A stretch of 63,092 nucleotides of DNA, filler included, from Reclinomonas americana ATCC 50394 (Eukaryota), in the NCBI GenBank assembly GCA_048213135.1. It is 26 parts of 26 records of this genome, joined end to end, with 100 filler letters (N's around TTAATTAATTAA, not from the genome) between each part and the next. Parts side by side here need not be neighbours in the genome. Positions count along the whole stretch, not along the records: positions 61,676 to 63,092 come from AFZH01024807.1; 25 more parts are not named here. One strand, 5' to 3'. Under the pieces are notes generated by a model. It worked only from the letters and a program-made list of their open reading frames with translations, was not told the DNA's origin and did not search any database. Each line of letters starts with the position of its first letter. Within the stretch, counting starts at the first letter, position 1. A program made the position numbers and the translations under genes. This document shows, piece by piece, positions 62,400 to 63,092 of this stretch.

Positions 62400-63092
62400 A
62401 AGAAAGAGAGACTGAGACAGAATGAGAAAGAGAGACTGAGAGTGAGGGAGAGACTGCGAGAGAGAAAGAGAGAGATTAAGAAAGAGAGAGATTGAGAAAG
62501 AGAGAGATTGAGAAAGAGAGAGATTGAGAGAAAGAGACTGAGAGAGAGGCAGAGACTGAGAGAGAGGCAGAGACTGAGAGAGGGAGAGACTGAGTGAGGG
62601 AGAGACTGAGTGAGGGAGAGACTGAGTGAGGGAGAGACTGAGTGAGGGAGAGACTGAGTGAGGGAGAGGCTGAGAGAGAGAGAGAGAGACTGTGAGAGAG
62701 ACTGAGAGCGAGAGAAACTGAGAGTGACTGAGAGCGACTGAGAAAGAATGGGAGAATGAGAGAGACTCTGAGAGAGACTCAGAGAGAGAGACTGAGAGCG
62801 AGAGAGACTGAGAGAGCGCAGAGAGAGCGAGAGAGACAGAGAGAAAGAGACTGAAGACTGGAAGACACCACAGACAGAGACAGAGTGAGAGAGAGAGAGA
62901 GACAGAGAAAGAGACTGAGAATGAGACTGAGAGCGAGAGAAAGAGAGAGACTGAGAGTGACTGAGAGAGAGAGAGAGACTGAGAGAGAGACAGAGAGAGA
63001 GAGAGAGAGACTGAGAGAGTGAGAAAGAGAGAGACTGAGAGAGAGACTGAGAAAGAGACTGAGAAAGAGACTGAGAAAAAGACTGAGCGAGA
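62400..63092. repeat. GA/GAGACT minisatellite
   Basis: Units such as GAGAGACTGAGTGAGG and GAGAGAGATTGAGAAAA. Confidence 0.9.

Overview
The window is not one locus. It is 26 short contigs joined by 25 artificial N-TTAATTAATTAA-N linkers, so nothing can be inferred across a linker. Four contigs are bacterial. Two are high-GC actinobacterial (Microbacterium-like): arsC plus a secreted phosphatase-superfamily protein, and a sugar ABC/SIS/FGGY operon. Two are alphaproteobacterial: a PhyH-family dioxygenase plus a metallophosphoesterase, and an efflux adaptor/TetR/Bcr-CflA cluster. The rest is a compact, microsatellite-rich eukaryote with short introns, probably a heterozygous flagellated protist. 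It carries LRRC23, striatin, symplekin, UTP14, PSMB3, adenosine deaminase, a divergent Arf, Mpv17, kinases, a homeobox gene, a YeiH-family transporter, a SelO-like protein, and Tc1, RLE non-LTR and CACTA-like elements. Three contig pairs are allelic copies. Main observations: (1) a recurrent shifted 5' splice-site class GTTGCG/GTTnCG (G at +6, not +5), with one allele pair differing as GTGCG versus GTTGCG; (2) an intron-containing SelO-like pseudokinase; (3) a bacterial leader-peptide attenuator ahead of a Fe/2OG dioxygenase; (4) a degenerate E1-like enzyme, a Q-to-Y Arf, an E50 homeodomain, a spliced 53-aa microprotein and a tandem exon-intron array. All family calls come from motif recognition by eye; no search was run.
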